Below are positions 1 through 13,300 of a DNA stretch of 64,000 nt, piece by piece (position 1 is the stretch's first letter; every line of letters begins with the position of its first letter). A program made the position numbers and the translations under genes. The DNA comes from Stegostoma tigrinum (Eukaryota), in the NCBI RefSeq assembly GCF_030684315.1, contig NC_081369.1, positions 57,516,477-57,580,476 of the forward strand, read 5' to 3'. The notes beneath the pieces were generated by a model that saw nothing but the letters and a program-made list of their open reading frames with translations, was not told the origin of the DNA and did not search any database.

Positions 1-693
1 ACTGAGTTCAGTTTGTGAATTTGTGTGTACTTTGAAAAAAAGATCTTTGATGAAGAAAGCTGGCTATGAAACTATTGATGTTTGTAAAAGTTATTCTTGG
101 AATATGGACATCATTGTCCAAGCCCATCCCTAATTGGATCAGAAATTACCTTAGATCAAATAAGGGTGGCAGGTTTTCTTCCCTAAAGGATTTTAGTGGA
201 CCAGATGGCTTTTAAATAATACTTGAAACATGTTTGAGATCAAGTAAGCTTTGCATTCCAGATTTTTATTGAATTTAAATTTCACCGTTTCCTGTGGTGG
301 TATTTGAACCCAAATCCCCAGAATATTAACCTGGTGTATAGCTTACTGATGCATATCACTAGGCTGTCACCTCCACACATTAACTACTGTTCACAGTTTA
401 AACGCTGTTCCCTTTTGCTGTTTGTCTGACATATGCCTTCAGTCCCACACTGAATATTATCAACCCCGCATAATGACGAGTTGCTTTTGGAGTGCTGTCG
501 TTTTTAAATATCAACAAATTCAAACAGGATTGCGTGTATAAAGAACCTCTTGTCATTTGGTGACACTGGTTGGGAGGAATGTAAGCCAAGATACCAGGAG
601 ATCTCATTATTTCTCTTCAGACTCTGCCTTTGCAAACTGCCAAAAGGTGGCCCTTTTGCCAGTTGTCTGTATAAACTACAGTAGTACCCAAAT

Positions 694-925
694 AAAAAAA
701 AAAATCAGAAATTGCTGGAAAAGCTCAGCAGGTCTGGCAGCATCTATGGAGAGAACTCAGGATTAACATTATAGGTTGAGTAACCCTTCCCGTTCTGAGG
801 AAGGGTCACTTGGCTCACACCGTCAACTCTGACTTTTGTCCGCAGATGCAGCTGGACCTGCTAAGCTTTCCCAGCAATTTTTGTTTCAGATTTACAACAT
901 CGGCAGTCCTTTTTGGATTTTTCTC
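694..925. mobile_element. Decayed family-B palindromic mini-element, approximately 11-bp TSD
   Basis: agtacccaaat (683-693) and agcacccaaat (926-936); arms are reverse complementary. Confidence 0.8.
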
Positions 926-1949
926 AGCACCCAAATGAGGATTGTTTGTTAGCTCTATCTGAGGGCAGCCAGGAATGGACAGTAGATGCTGCTTTTGCTG
1001 AGTTTTTATGATATGTGGAAGAAAGAAATGCATTGTAGCTCAGACGCCTTTACTGTACATTTGATAATTTCCCTAAAGCTTCAGTGACGAATGGGTACAT
1101 TTGGCTGTGCCGTCCCTCACGTGAGATGATAAACCTTTTGACAGGTTGCAAAGGCAGAGTCTGAAGAGGGATAATGAGATCTCCTGGTGTCTTGGCTTAC
1201 ATTTCTCCCAACCAGTGTTGTCAAATTACGAGATTCCTTACGCACATAATCCTTTTTGCGGCTACTGATATTTAACAATGACAGCATTCCAAAAGCAGCT
1301 CATCATTGTGCAGTGCTCCTGGGTCTTTAGGTAAATCAGATGCAATTTTCTTTCTCATTTTGTGTTACTCATTAAAATCAAGTTGCCATAGTACCACTGA
1401 CTCATTCAAAAGCGACAACTGACGATGAGTTTAATCTGAGGGTCACCACATCTTGGGCTAAGATTGAGAAAGAGTGTAACTCTACCAAGTGTGGGAATTG
1501 ACCCCATGCTGTTAATATTGCAAGCTAGCCATCCAGCCAATTGAGCTGAGTCAGCCTTAAACAGAGTAAGCTCGTAAAATAAATACAGGTTGAAGATACC
1601 AGCCTGATTATCACTGTGTGAGAGGCAGAGTAACATCTTACTCTGTGCCCAAATTATTTAGCTTAGAATAATTCCTTATTATTTTATACAAATACCACAG
1701 TAGAGGGAGAGGTCATTCAGCCTATTGAATTCATGTCAGCTCCCAGTAGAGCATTCTACTCCATCCCATTCACTCTCCTCATTGCTACCCCCACCAGCAA
1801 ATTTATTTCTCAAAAAAATGCCCATCCAATTTCCCTCTGGAATCAGATTCACATTTTTTTTGAGCCTTTATTGAGAAAGCACTGACAAATCTCATGTGCT
1901 GGAGAGCAGTCAGAGATTACATTTATAGACCAACTGCCATGTCCTTAGC

Positions 1950-2148
1950 AACAAAACCAGAATTTTCTGGGAACTCTCAGCAGGTCTGGCAGCATCTGTG
2001 GAGAGAAAGCAAAGTCTGAACAAGAGCCGTTGGACTTGAAAAGTTAACACTGCTTTTTCTCCACAAATTCTGCCTGACCTTCTGAGTTTCTCCAGCATTT
2101 CTATTTTGTTTCTGATTTCCAACATCCGCAGATCTTTGCTTTATTTGT
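1950..2148. mobile_element. Decayed family-B palindromic mini-element; further family-B pieces at about 9040-9088/9463-9515, 10600-10687, 19975-20070, 24470-24565, 26942-27120, 33470-33545/33775-33902, 34925-35012, 57505-57600 and 60135-60368
   Basis: Shared motif ctcagcaggtctggcagcatctgtggagag and its reverse complement. Confidence 0.8.
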
Positions 2149-2214
2149 TTCATGCTCTTGGAATCTTCTGAAGTGCTTCACAGCATTTGAAAAATGTTAC
2201 TGAATACTGTTTAT

Positions 2215-2495
2215 TTTTTATTATTTGTTCACGTGCTGTGGATGTCACTGATGAAACCAGCATTTATCACCTGTCCTTAATGGCCCTGGAGGAGGTGGTG
2301 GTGAGAAACCTGATGCACTGCGTTATTTGGGATGCATTGACACCACCAATGCTGATGGGACGGGAGGTCCTCGATCTCGTCCCCACAACAGTGAAGGAAC
2401 GGAGACGTATTTTCAGAGTCAGGATGATGAGTGGCTTGGAGAGGACCTTGCAGTTGGTGGTATTCCCATGTGTCTGCTGCCCTTGTCCTTCTAGT
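2215..2495 (-). mobile_element. 3' fragment of the 17800-19236 LINE family; others at about 7500-7830 and 13560-13800
   Basis: ccagcatttat...ggtggtggtgag...tttcagagtcaggatg...ttgcagttggtggtattcccatgtgtctgctgcccttgtccttctag is the reverse complement of about 18945-19215. Confidence 0.8.
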
Positions 2496-4284
2496 TAGTA
2501 AAGATCAAGAGTTCAAATACTTATCAAGAGCAACCTTGCAGGGTTATGGGCAAAAAGGAGGTGAGTGGGACATATCGTTTTATAAGATCAGCACAGGCAC
2601 GATGGACGAAATAGGCTCTGTTGTGGTGCAACATTCTGCAAAAGGCCTATTTTGATTTCTTACAGCATATTGATGGACGAAGAAATTTCACCATGTAGGA
2701 AGTGCTGAATTTATTGTGAAATCAGGGAAGTATATATACCTGAGGAGGTTTGGGGTGTTGCTACAGTACATCTTTTATGCTGCTGCCACCGTACAGCAGT
2801 GATGGACAAGGTACCAAAGCATGCAGAGGTAATAGACAACTTGCACACAGCAAGGTTTCACGTGCTGCATTAAGATAACAAAGTTATTTACTATTGTTAA
2901 ACTAAATTAGAACTATTAATATTATAACTCTGTTATTAAACTATTACCCTGCTTTTATTGATGTTGCTTGGATGGATAAATATTGGCCAAGGTGGTGAAA
3001 TAACCTCTTCTCTTTCCAGCCATGCTATGGGACCCTTAGCAGACATCTCAACTGCTAACTCAGGCCTTAGCTTAATGTGTCATTTGAGCATTGGTACTTC
3101 TGACAGTGTAGCACTCTGCCAGTCATGTGTTTCAGGCATTTATTTCATGTTTATGTTGGGGGTAAACCGAGACCCTCATTGTGCCGAACAAGAGTGCAAC
3201 CAAATAAGGTAAGTTGGCATTTGGAAGGTGTATTGCAGAAAGAGAAAGGTAGGAAGCAGGAGTGAATGAGAGTGCATTGATGTCATTTCACCATATCTTA
3301 TACCTTGTATACTCTATGTATACTGTCACTTCTGGCTATTGTTATATTCTGATGTGATTGAAAATTTTTGCAGGTGGCCAAAGCACACCTTTGAACCTCA
3401 GCTGATATTTTAGATCAGAAAAGGCAATGATTAATTGCTGTCATCGTTTATGATGCTGAGGAGAGCCTTTTAGAGAATAGCTCATGTCACTTTACTGGGG
3501 CGGCAGTGATACCCAGCAATATCAGGGTGCTGGTAGTCTTCATCATGGAAGTATAGAATCTGTACAGTGAGTAAGCAGGCTAATTAATTGTCCCATCAAG
3601 TCCACACAGAACCTTTGAAGAACATCCCACCCAGATCCACACGCCTCATGCCCTATTGCTGTAACCTTGCCTTTTCTGTGGCTAATCCATTAAACATGTC
3701 TAATCCTGGATACTATGGACAATTTAGCATGGTCAGTCCACCCTAACCTGCACATCTTTTTGGACTGTGAGAGGAAACCAGAACACCTAGAGGAAATGCA
3801 TGCAGATGCAGGGAGAAAGTGAAAACTCCATTCTTGACTTACTAGAAAATTGTTCTGTGGGCAAGGGTTCAAATCCCTCAATGACAGGCAATCACATTTG
3901 CATTAAATAAAAAACCAGAATGAAAAAAAAGTAGCCTATTAACATTTTACACAAAATTACCTGGTTCACTGATGTGGAAGGAAATGCTGCCTTTATCTGG
4001 TCTGGCTTACATTTGACTGCAGACCCCTGCGAGGTGGTTTTCTCTCAAGTACTCTCTGGGCAATAAATTTTATCCAGTGTTGCTCTCATTGCATTAATGT
4101 ATATTTAAAATAAGGACACGGAGTGGAGAGGAGACAGTAAAATATTGCGGGATGGGGCCAACTTCCATGCAGTGAAAGCTCAGTTGAGACTTGTTTGGAG
4201 TTCTGTCTCAGTTGTCAGTGTGTGATGTTGTGCCTGTGCCTGTTCTTTTCTGGGGATTTTCTGAAACTTGGGTTTGTTTTGTAG

Positions 4285-4390
4285 GTTTTGCTCCAATTAG
4301 TGGAATGTGCAGCAAGTACCGAAGCTGTACCATCAATGAGGACACAGGCCTTGGCCTGGCTTTTACCATTGCTCATGAATCTGGACATAA
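4285..4390 (+). CDS. ADAMTS18: ADAMTS exon (106 nt): catalytic domain, first half of the zinc-binding motif
   Basis: Acceptor tttgttttgtag|GT, donor CATAA|gtaagt; encodes (G)[34 protein letters not shown](N). Confidence 0.96.
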
Positions 4391-7300
4391 GTAAGTGATT
4401 CTTATGCTCTGTTTGATCCACTTTGTCAGGCCTCCCATTTTGATTTGCTTTTGCCAGGGCTGCCCCAGCTGTTCAGGTCCCACTGGCGTTCTCCATTGGC
4501 AAGACCAAACAATGGATATCAGCAGCCTAATAAAAACTGAAAAAAAAACTGCAGAGGCTGTAAATCGGGAACAAAAACAAAGTTGCTGGAGAAGCTCAGC
4601 AGGTCTGGCAGCATCTGTGAAGGAGAAAACAGAGTTAACATTTTGGGTCTGGTTCTGAGGAAGGGCCACTTGGGCCCGAAACGTTAACTCTGTTTTTTCC
4701 TTCACAGATGCTGACAGACCTGCAGTGCTTCTCCAGCAACTTTGTTTTTGATATCAACAGCCTATTCACCATGGAAGGCATAATGGCCTCACATGATCTG
4801 CTCACATTTCTGAAGTGGGACTTGTTGACATATCAGTAATGCCACTGTCCAGAGCCCGAGGCATTTGGTTCAAATCCTACCATGGTAAGTAGTGAAATTG
4901 ACATTCAATTGATTACATCTAAAATTGAAAGCTTGTTTCAGAATAATATCAACCATCAATTGTTGTCAAAATCCATCTGGTTTCTAGGAAGGAAATCTTT
5001 CGTCCTAACCTGGTCTGACCAACATGTGACTCCAGACCTAAACTGCCCTCTGAAATGGCCTAACAAGTCACTCAATTGAACTGCAGAGATGGGATTCTCA
5101 GGATTGTGTTAGTTCAGCTATGGTTTCAATTCTAAATGCAATTTGGACAACAAACGTTGATGAGCAATACCCACATTGCATCAAATAATAAATAAAAAGG
5201 GAACCTTCTGCATTTGAGGGGGGGGCAAGAATGCTGCTCACTGAACCACAGCTGAGGTGAATAATTTTAGGGAGAGAATTTTCAAGTGAGGGAAGACTGA
5301 AAACTGATTAACCATTGACGGGACAGAGAGAGTTAACAGGAAAGCAAGAGGTTTACATAAAAGAGAGTAGGTGGCTGGTGGCAGGAAGAAAATACTTCTC
5401 AAGAAACCTGTTCTGGACCATAAATCAGCTAAAGCAGCAATTATTATGTTTTATGCCTAAACTTATCTAAGTTATTAATAACCTACCTAACAATCAGAAT
5501 CAGAGGCCTACCTAAGAATCAGAGAGAGCTGTCTTTTACTTATTCATTCACGGGATATGGGCATCACCGGCTAGGCCAACATTTATTGCCCAGAGAACAG
5601 TTCAGACTCAACCACATAGGAGTCTGAGAGTCACATGTAGGTCTGACCAGACAAGGACATCTGATCCTTTTCCCTGAAGGACTTTCATGAACCGTGTGAG
5701 TTTTGATAGTAAAGGTACATGGCCACGATTAGGCTGACTTTTTATACCAAATTTTTGTTAACTTCAAATTTCACCATCTGCTTTGGTGGAATTGAAAGCC
5801 AGCACCACTGCCCCACCCCACCCCACCCCCGCCTTGGCTCCCCTTATGGCATTAGCCTGGATCACCACTACAGTGATATTACAACCGTGTCCAACCAATA
5901 TAGTTGAGGGTTTGAGTCTGTTATTATTGACGATGAGCTCCTGGAAGCAAGTTGGGAAGCTAATGGAGATGTTTGAACTGTTGAAGATAAAATAACGAAT
6001 GCCTTGGAGGACCTTTAAAACACTGAGTGGGCCCGGATAGTTTGGTGAAATTCAGTGATTGATAACCATGCAACCAAAGGTAATTCCTGCCTTGAATTTG
6101 CTCCGGTAAATGTGTCTTAGGATTTTTATTTTTGTTTTGTCTTGTTGGGTTTATTTCCATTTGAAACTGAGACAATCAGCTCCTATTGACATCATTGTTC
6201 CTTAACCCCAGTGAGGACAAAGGTAAATAATGGCCCCTCCTGATCACTGTGAGTGAAATGTGTGGGTGTGTGGATCAACTCATCATGTGACTGGATTGGC
6301 GAGGATGCCCCCTGCTCTGTCTTTGCTTGCCACTTTGGATGTGCCTCTGGAGGATTGTTAGACTCCATGAGGTTGAAACAATCTTCACCCCTTCTCTACC
6401 TACTGCACCTGGCAGTCAGGCCTCATCAGCCAAGACTGACCTTGATCGAACGCATGGTGGGAGCTGGAATTGAAAACTCTGCCAGACTGTATAAGTGGTG
6501 ACATTGTTCATGGAGTGGGAAAAAGGAAAAGCAAGAACTTGTTATGTGATCAGAGATAATGGGAACTGCAGATGCTGGAGAATCCGAGATAACAAAGTGT
6601 GAAGCTGGATGAACACAGCAGGCCAAGCAGCACCTAGGGAGCACAAAAGCTGACGTTTCGGGCCTAGACCCTTCATCAGAGCCTGTGAGCCTGGAGTGGT
6701 ACTGGAACAGAAAACTCACTTTGGCAAAGGGGCGGGTTGTGAAAGGAAAGCCACTCACTTTAGTTTTCAGAGGGGAAAAGGGTTTGGAGGTTGAGAAGTG
6801 ATGATCTGGCCCTGGAAGTGATTTGAGGAAGCTGCTGCTTCCTCTTTTCCGGTCATTAGCATTCACCCCATGTAGAGAAAATGTTACGGCTTTTATGATG
6901 CCTGTGGTCACTAATTGTATATGGCCTCAGGCTGAGTGCCTCAGTGATTTGCTGTCGGCCTCGGGAGACTAAGGCTCTTCCTGTTCATTGTCGTGCACGT
7001 CAGATCAACCAATGCTGACTTTTTATTGGATTTGTTTCCAAAAATACTGCAAAGCTGTTTGAAGAGGAAGAAGGGAACCTGATGCATTTTGTGCTTGATA
7101 ATGCCACCTCCACCCCTCAGTAGCACAGCAGGTTTAATTACATCATCAAGCTGGGAAGATCTGAGGCACAGTTCCTGAGCCGCGCTGTCAACTGATTGCA
7201 TTTAAGAGCCTTCCATTACCAGCCCCCCAGAGAAAAATAAAGACCTCTGGATTCACAAACATGATAGTCAGCTCATATACAGTGAGTTCTCTCAAACTGC

Positions 7301-10300
7301 AATCTAGCAATGCGTAGAAAAGCTACGTTATTAATGTTTGCTGAAGGACCTTTATTAGCCAGGCAACAGAGAGACCTTTGCTCTTCTTCACTGTAGTCCC
7401 ACCAGATATTTTACATCCAGCTGAAAGACTAGATGAGGCATCAGTTTAGCATCTCAACTGAAAGGTGATTCTTCGGCATGCTGTGAGTACTTCTTAAAAC
7501 TTTCTTCATGGGATGTGAGCATCACTGGCTGGGCCAGCATTTACTGCCCATTCTAAATGGCTCTGGAGCTGGTGATGCTGACATGCCTTCTTAAACTGCT
7601 GCTGAGGAAAGGACACATATACTGCTGGTAGGGAGCTAATTCCAGGATTTTGACTAAACAGCAGTCAAAAAATGACAATATATTTGCAAGTCAGGATGGC
7701 GCGTGGTTTGAAGGAGAACTTGCAAGTGCTGGGGTACCCTTCCGTATCTACTGCCATCGGTAGAAGGTACATGCTTAGAAAGTACAGTCGAAACAGCCTT
7801 GGTGAGATACTGCAGTGTATTGGCCTAGGTTACTTGTTCATCTCCAGAAATGGGCCTTCAATCCACACCTTTTTGACTTGGAAACATGTGAATAAGGAGC
7901 AGCGTAAGCAGCATCTTAGGAGCAGGAAAGCCGACGTTCCAGGCCTAGACCCTTCATCAGAAATGGGGGAGGGGAAGGGGGTTCTGAAATAAATGTGGAG
8001 AGAGGGGTGGGGGAGCAACTGCAGCTCTCTCGTAATCTCTTCGGCCTTGAAACTGCTCGATCATGTCCTGCACCTTTACTGGCTCCATCCCTGCCTCTTT
8101 AACTTGTCTGTCTCCTCTCCACCCATCTTCTCCTCTATCCAGCTTCGATCTGCCTCTCCCTCTCTCCCTATTTATTTCAGAACCCTCTCCCCCTCCCCTA
8201 TTTCTGATGAAGGGTCTAGCCGGAAACGTCAGCTTTCCTGCTCCTAAGATGCTGCTTGGCCTGCTGTGTTCATCCAGCTCTACACCTTGTTATCTCAGAT
8301 TCTCCAGCATCAGCAGTTACCATTATCTCAGGAGCAGAATGGACCACTCAGTTCCCTCAAGTCTGCTCCATCATTCAAAGTACAAAGAAAATTACAGCAT
8401 AGGAACAGGCCCTTTGGCCCTCCAAGCCTGCGCCAACATGCTGCCTATCACAACTAAACCCTGCGACCCTTCCAGGGACTGTATTCCTCTATTCCCATCC
8501 TATTCCCATTCCTTCAGTGAGATCAGGACCTATCTGATAACTCCACAGATTTTTGCCCATCCCTGGTTACCCATCACCCTCCTGTTTGCCAAGAAACTAT
8601 CTATTTTCATGTCTATCATGTCAAGATTCTGCTTCCATTGCCTCTAGCAGAAGATAATTTGAAGGCTACATGGCCCTCACTGAGAAAGAAGTGATCCTTA
8701 TTGCTGTCTAAACTAGGAAGCCCGTTATTTTTAAACAGTGATCTCTTTTCCAGTCTTCTTCAAAAGCCAACCCCCCACCCCCCCTTTCCTAATAAAAGCT
8801 CAGTAAACCTTTTATGAGCTACTTCCAATGAATTAACACCTTTGCTTGAATGAGATGACCGATACTGTACACAATACTCCAAATACAATCTTACCAATGC
8901 TTTGTATAACTGAAACATAACTGTGCTATTTTTGTATTTTATTCTCCTTTGAAATAAACTGACATTCTATTAATTCTCCTCGTTATTTGCTGTATCTGCA
9001 TATTAACCTTTCACAATTCATTCATAATATTACTCAGAAGCAAAAACAGAAATTGCTGGAAAAGCTCAGCTGGTCTGGCAACATCTGTTTTACACTCCAG
9101 GAATATTAAACAAATGGGTTAGATTCTGACTGCAATACCTGTCTGTGTGTATTGTTGGCTGGACATTCTGGTTTGTAAGACTGTAGTGCTGTGAGTGGTA
9201 CAGTGAGGGCAACAGCCATAAAGTCATAAGCATAAGCATGTGGAAGGAGCTGCTAGTGGAAGTGCTTGAAGTGGGTACGTTAACAACATTTAAAAGGAAG
9301 TTGGATAAATACATGGAAAGGAAAGGTTTAGAAGGATATGGGCCAAGTGCAGGGAATTGGGGTTAGTGTTTCTGGACATTTTGGGTGTCAGCATAGATCA
9401 ATTTGGGCCAAAGGGCCTGTCTCCATGCTGTAGGACTCTATGACTCCATGACTCTAAAACGCTATCTGTGGAGAGAAATCGCAGTTAACGTTTCAGGTCC
9501 AGTGACCCTTCCTCAGGACAAGATTACTCCCATCCCTTTGCATCTCAGAGCTCTGTAATCTCTGACCATTTAGATAGCATGCTTTTTTTTTTATTCATCC
9601 TGGCAATGGCAAATTTTAGCTTTATCCAAATACATTCCATTTATCAGATTCATCCACTCAATACTTTTCTATATTTCTTTACAGTATTCTTATGTTCTCT
9701 TCAATACTTGTTTTCACAGTTACCTTTGTGCCAGCATTAATTTTGGTCACCATATCTTCGGTTCCTCCATCCACATTATTTGAACGAATTGTAAAAAGTT
9801 GAGGTCTTAAAATAGGTTCCTGTGACACACAACTCATTACATATTGTCAACTGGAAAATAACCCATTTATGTCTCCTCCTTGTTTCCCTTTAGACTACCA
9901 GTCTTCTGTCTATGCTAATATTTTACTTCCTACACAGTGAGCTCTGATTTTCTACAACTTAATGTCTTTGATGTGGCACCTTATCAAATGCCCTCTGGAA
10001 ATCTAAGTACAGTACACCCACCAGTTCCCCTGCATCCACTTTCTCGACTAACTCCAATCCATTGGTTTAACATGATTTCCATGTCACTTAACGTGTCAGT
10101 TAGCTCAATTGGCTGGACAGCTGTCTGCTGACACACAGTGACACCAACAGTGCAGGGTCAATTGTTGCACCAGCCGCAGAACCAGGTATTGGTGACCCTC
10201 AGGTTAAACTTACCACCATTTGTCTCTCTCTAACGAGAGGGCAGCCCTATATTTTTTTTTTTCTTCCTTCACAGGATGATGGGTGATTTATTGCCCTTCC

Positions 10301-13300
10301 CTAATTGCCCAGAGAGCAGTTAAGATTCAACCACATCATTACAAGCCTGGAGTCACCAACCCTGTTTCTTTCCTTAAACAGCATTAGTGAACCAGATAGA
10401 TTTTTGAAACAATCAACATTAGATTCGTAGTTCTAGATTAATTCTGGATATTTGTTTAATTCAAATTGCATCACCTATAGTTATAATTGGCATAGGCTCA
10501 TTGGGCCAAAGGGCCTTTTATGCACTGTATGAATTTATGAGTCTGCTGTGATGGTATTTGAACGCATGTCCCCAGAACATTCAGAATTCTGACGAATGTT
10601 CACCGGACGCAAAACTTTAACTCTGATTTTTTTTTCTTCACAGACGCTGCAAGACCTGCTGAGCTTTTCCAAGAACTTCTGTTTTTGTCCCCACAACAGG
10701 ACCTACCACATCAGAAATTATTGTGACAGTACACTGACATGCTCAAGGGAGTTGAGATTTCTGGGGGAGAAAGACTGGACGATGAAAGCTTGCTCAATGG
10801 CACTAACAGCCCATCAATAATACAACTCGGCCATGTCTCTTCCCATAGAACTTATGGTGACTCTATTTGTTTTCAAAACTGGCAGCGTGGGACTAAGAGG
10901 GCTGAATGGCCCTCTCCTATCCCATGCAATTGTGGGATTGGTGTCAACAGACACTGGCTTTTAAGGGGTCACTAGCTCTGCCTTTGAGTACAGCTTTGAA
11001 TGTCACAGAATATTTGATTCCTGCCAGTTGTGTTGTGAGTGTATGAGAGCTCAGTTTCACATCAGTCTAACGCTGGCTAGGCTCGGCACTTGCAGTTACT
11101 GTACAGCACTTTTCATTCACTAAGCAGTGACGTTTACTTCATTCCCCCAGCCCCACTGCTACCACCACCAACACCCTCAAATTTCATGGAAACTCTTAAC
11201 TTCTTTGAAATTTAAAAAAAGCCCTTAACTTTCCTCCAGTGGAAATATTTTGTGTGAAGTTATTTAAAACAGTCGGCGGTCCTAATTCTGATTGACGTCT
11301 GTGGCTTGCTTTGATGATCCATCTCGTGAAAAGGTCATGGTCTTTATGAGCTGTTGGCAAGATGGTGTTTGTCGATGCTTTACACAGCACAGTTTAGGAT
11401 GTCGTAGGGTGTGGCTTCTGTATTAGTCCGGAATTAATTTACTGCCAGGAGTGTTAGGGGAATGCCAACTGAGATATCTGCATTGAATTAAAGTGAAATG
11501 CAGCGTCCCAGGCTGCAAATATCAGCTGTGCAGGGTTTTTTTTTCGTTTTGGGATGTTCTCACATTTGACCATTTTGAAACAATGCCAGAACAAGCAATT
11601 TACAGAAACAAAAGGCCACCTCTACAACAGGTTCCCAATTGAAATACCTCCAGTTTTCGAAAATCAACTTTTCTGATGCTGCATGTCACCATCTTGCAAA
11701 CCCTGAGTGCATAACAACATTTCCCTACAACTGCTTCCATTTATACAAAGCCTTTAATGCGATATTAGGATTCAAGGTGCTTCACATGCCCGATAAATAA
11801 ACTGATGTGCAGTCAGTGAAGGCGGAGCGTACGGAGCATAGGCACTTGAAGTTTGGACACTGAGGTGAATTTATGGAGCATTCTAGAAGAAAAGCCAGGT
11901 GCAAGATTCTTCATAACTCTACCTAAATTTGAATTGGCCAGTTTGTCAACTCCCACCTTCAAATTTGAAGCTTATATCATTGAGCAAGCCTCTATCGTCC
12001 AGTCTTTCTCCCTCAGAAATCTCAACTTCCTTGAGCATATCTGTGTAGTGTCACAATAAGAATCCCAACAGTGCAGGTGCAGGCCATTCGGCCCATCGAG
12101 TTCACACAGACCCTCTGAAGAGCATTCCTGCTAGGTGTAATCCTCTATCCTATCCCTGGAACTCTGCATTTCCCATAGCAAATCCATCTAGCCTACGTTT
12201 CCCTGGCCACTGTGGGAAATTTCACATGTCCGCTCAACCTAACCTGCACATGTTTGGACAGTGGGAGGAAACCAGAGCTCCAGGAAGAAAACTTTGCAGA
12301 ACTTGGAGATCTTGGGAGAACTTGGAAATTTCACACCGACAGTCGGCCAAGACTGGAATCAAACCCCAGTCCCTAGCGCCGTGTGGCATTCGTGCTAACC
12401 ACTGAGCGGCCACATCTTCGGGTTTTCAATATTGAAATGTGCTATGTCACAGCATATCAAGGAATTCACAATTTACAATTATGACTTGTTTAGGACACTG
12501 GTATAAACTAATGGGCAAAATTAATTTGAGGGGAGATGGTGCCGTAGTGATAATGTTACTGGATTAGCCATGGCAGAATCAAACTGAATTGCAAATCTCT
12601 TTTTTGCCTTTTTCCAGAATTTCTGCACATCATTACTGCCCAGATATTCATACGATGTCCTCTTGAATGCTTCAACTGAACCCATCTCTAGCACATTTCC
12701 AGACAGTGCATTTCATACCCTAACAATGCGCTGTGGAATTTTCTTTTTCCGCACATCACCCCTGTTTCAGTTGCACTCAGTTTAAATTAGTAATTCAGAG
12801 GCCCAGTTTAATACTTCTTATCCCATCATGGCAACGAATGCAATTGAGAGTCCGATCAATCAGAAATATGAACCTGGTGCCATTAATGATGACCAAAACG
12901 CTGCCATCAATAAACAGAAAAACCCGTCGGGTTTACTAATGTCCTTCAAAGTAGAAATTGTGCCTTCATCTTATCTGACATGGCTGTTCAAGGACATTTG
13001 GGGACGGTTTCCAAATGCTACCCTTGTCACTAATGCCCACATCCCATCTAAGACTCAGAGGTAAGATGAGGTAGAATTTGCTAGAATGCTTATGAGGGAC
13101 TGGTGACAATCAAGTCAGCCTGACTCAAAGAGTCAGCACAGGAATGATGGTCTGAAAGGTCTCTTTCTGTTTGGTGATCTCAGAACAAGACCTACCCTTG
13201 ATGTTAGAGATAGTAGGAACTGCCGATGCTGGAGAATCTGAGATAACAAGGTGTGAAGCTGAATGAACACAGCAGGCCAAGCAGCATCAGAGGAGCTGGA

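Noticed and set aside
1-4284. Preceding ADAMTS exon, and a following exon after 59788
   Set aside because: No matching peptide with splice sites found by eye; they probably lie outside the window
6426-8647. ORFs of 161 aa (6426-6911) and 194 aa (8063-8647)
   Set aside because: Read through non-coding Penelope termini and CR1 tails; no domain or splice support
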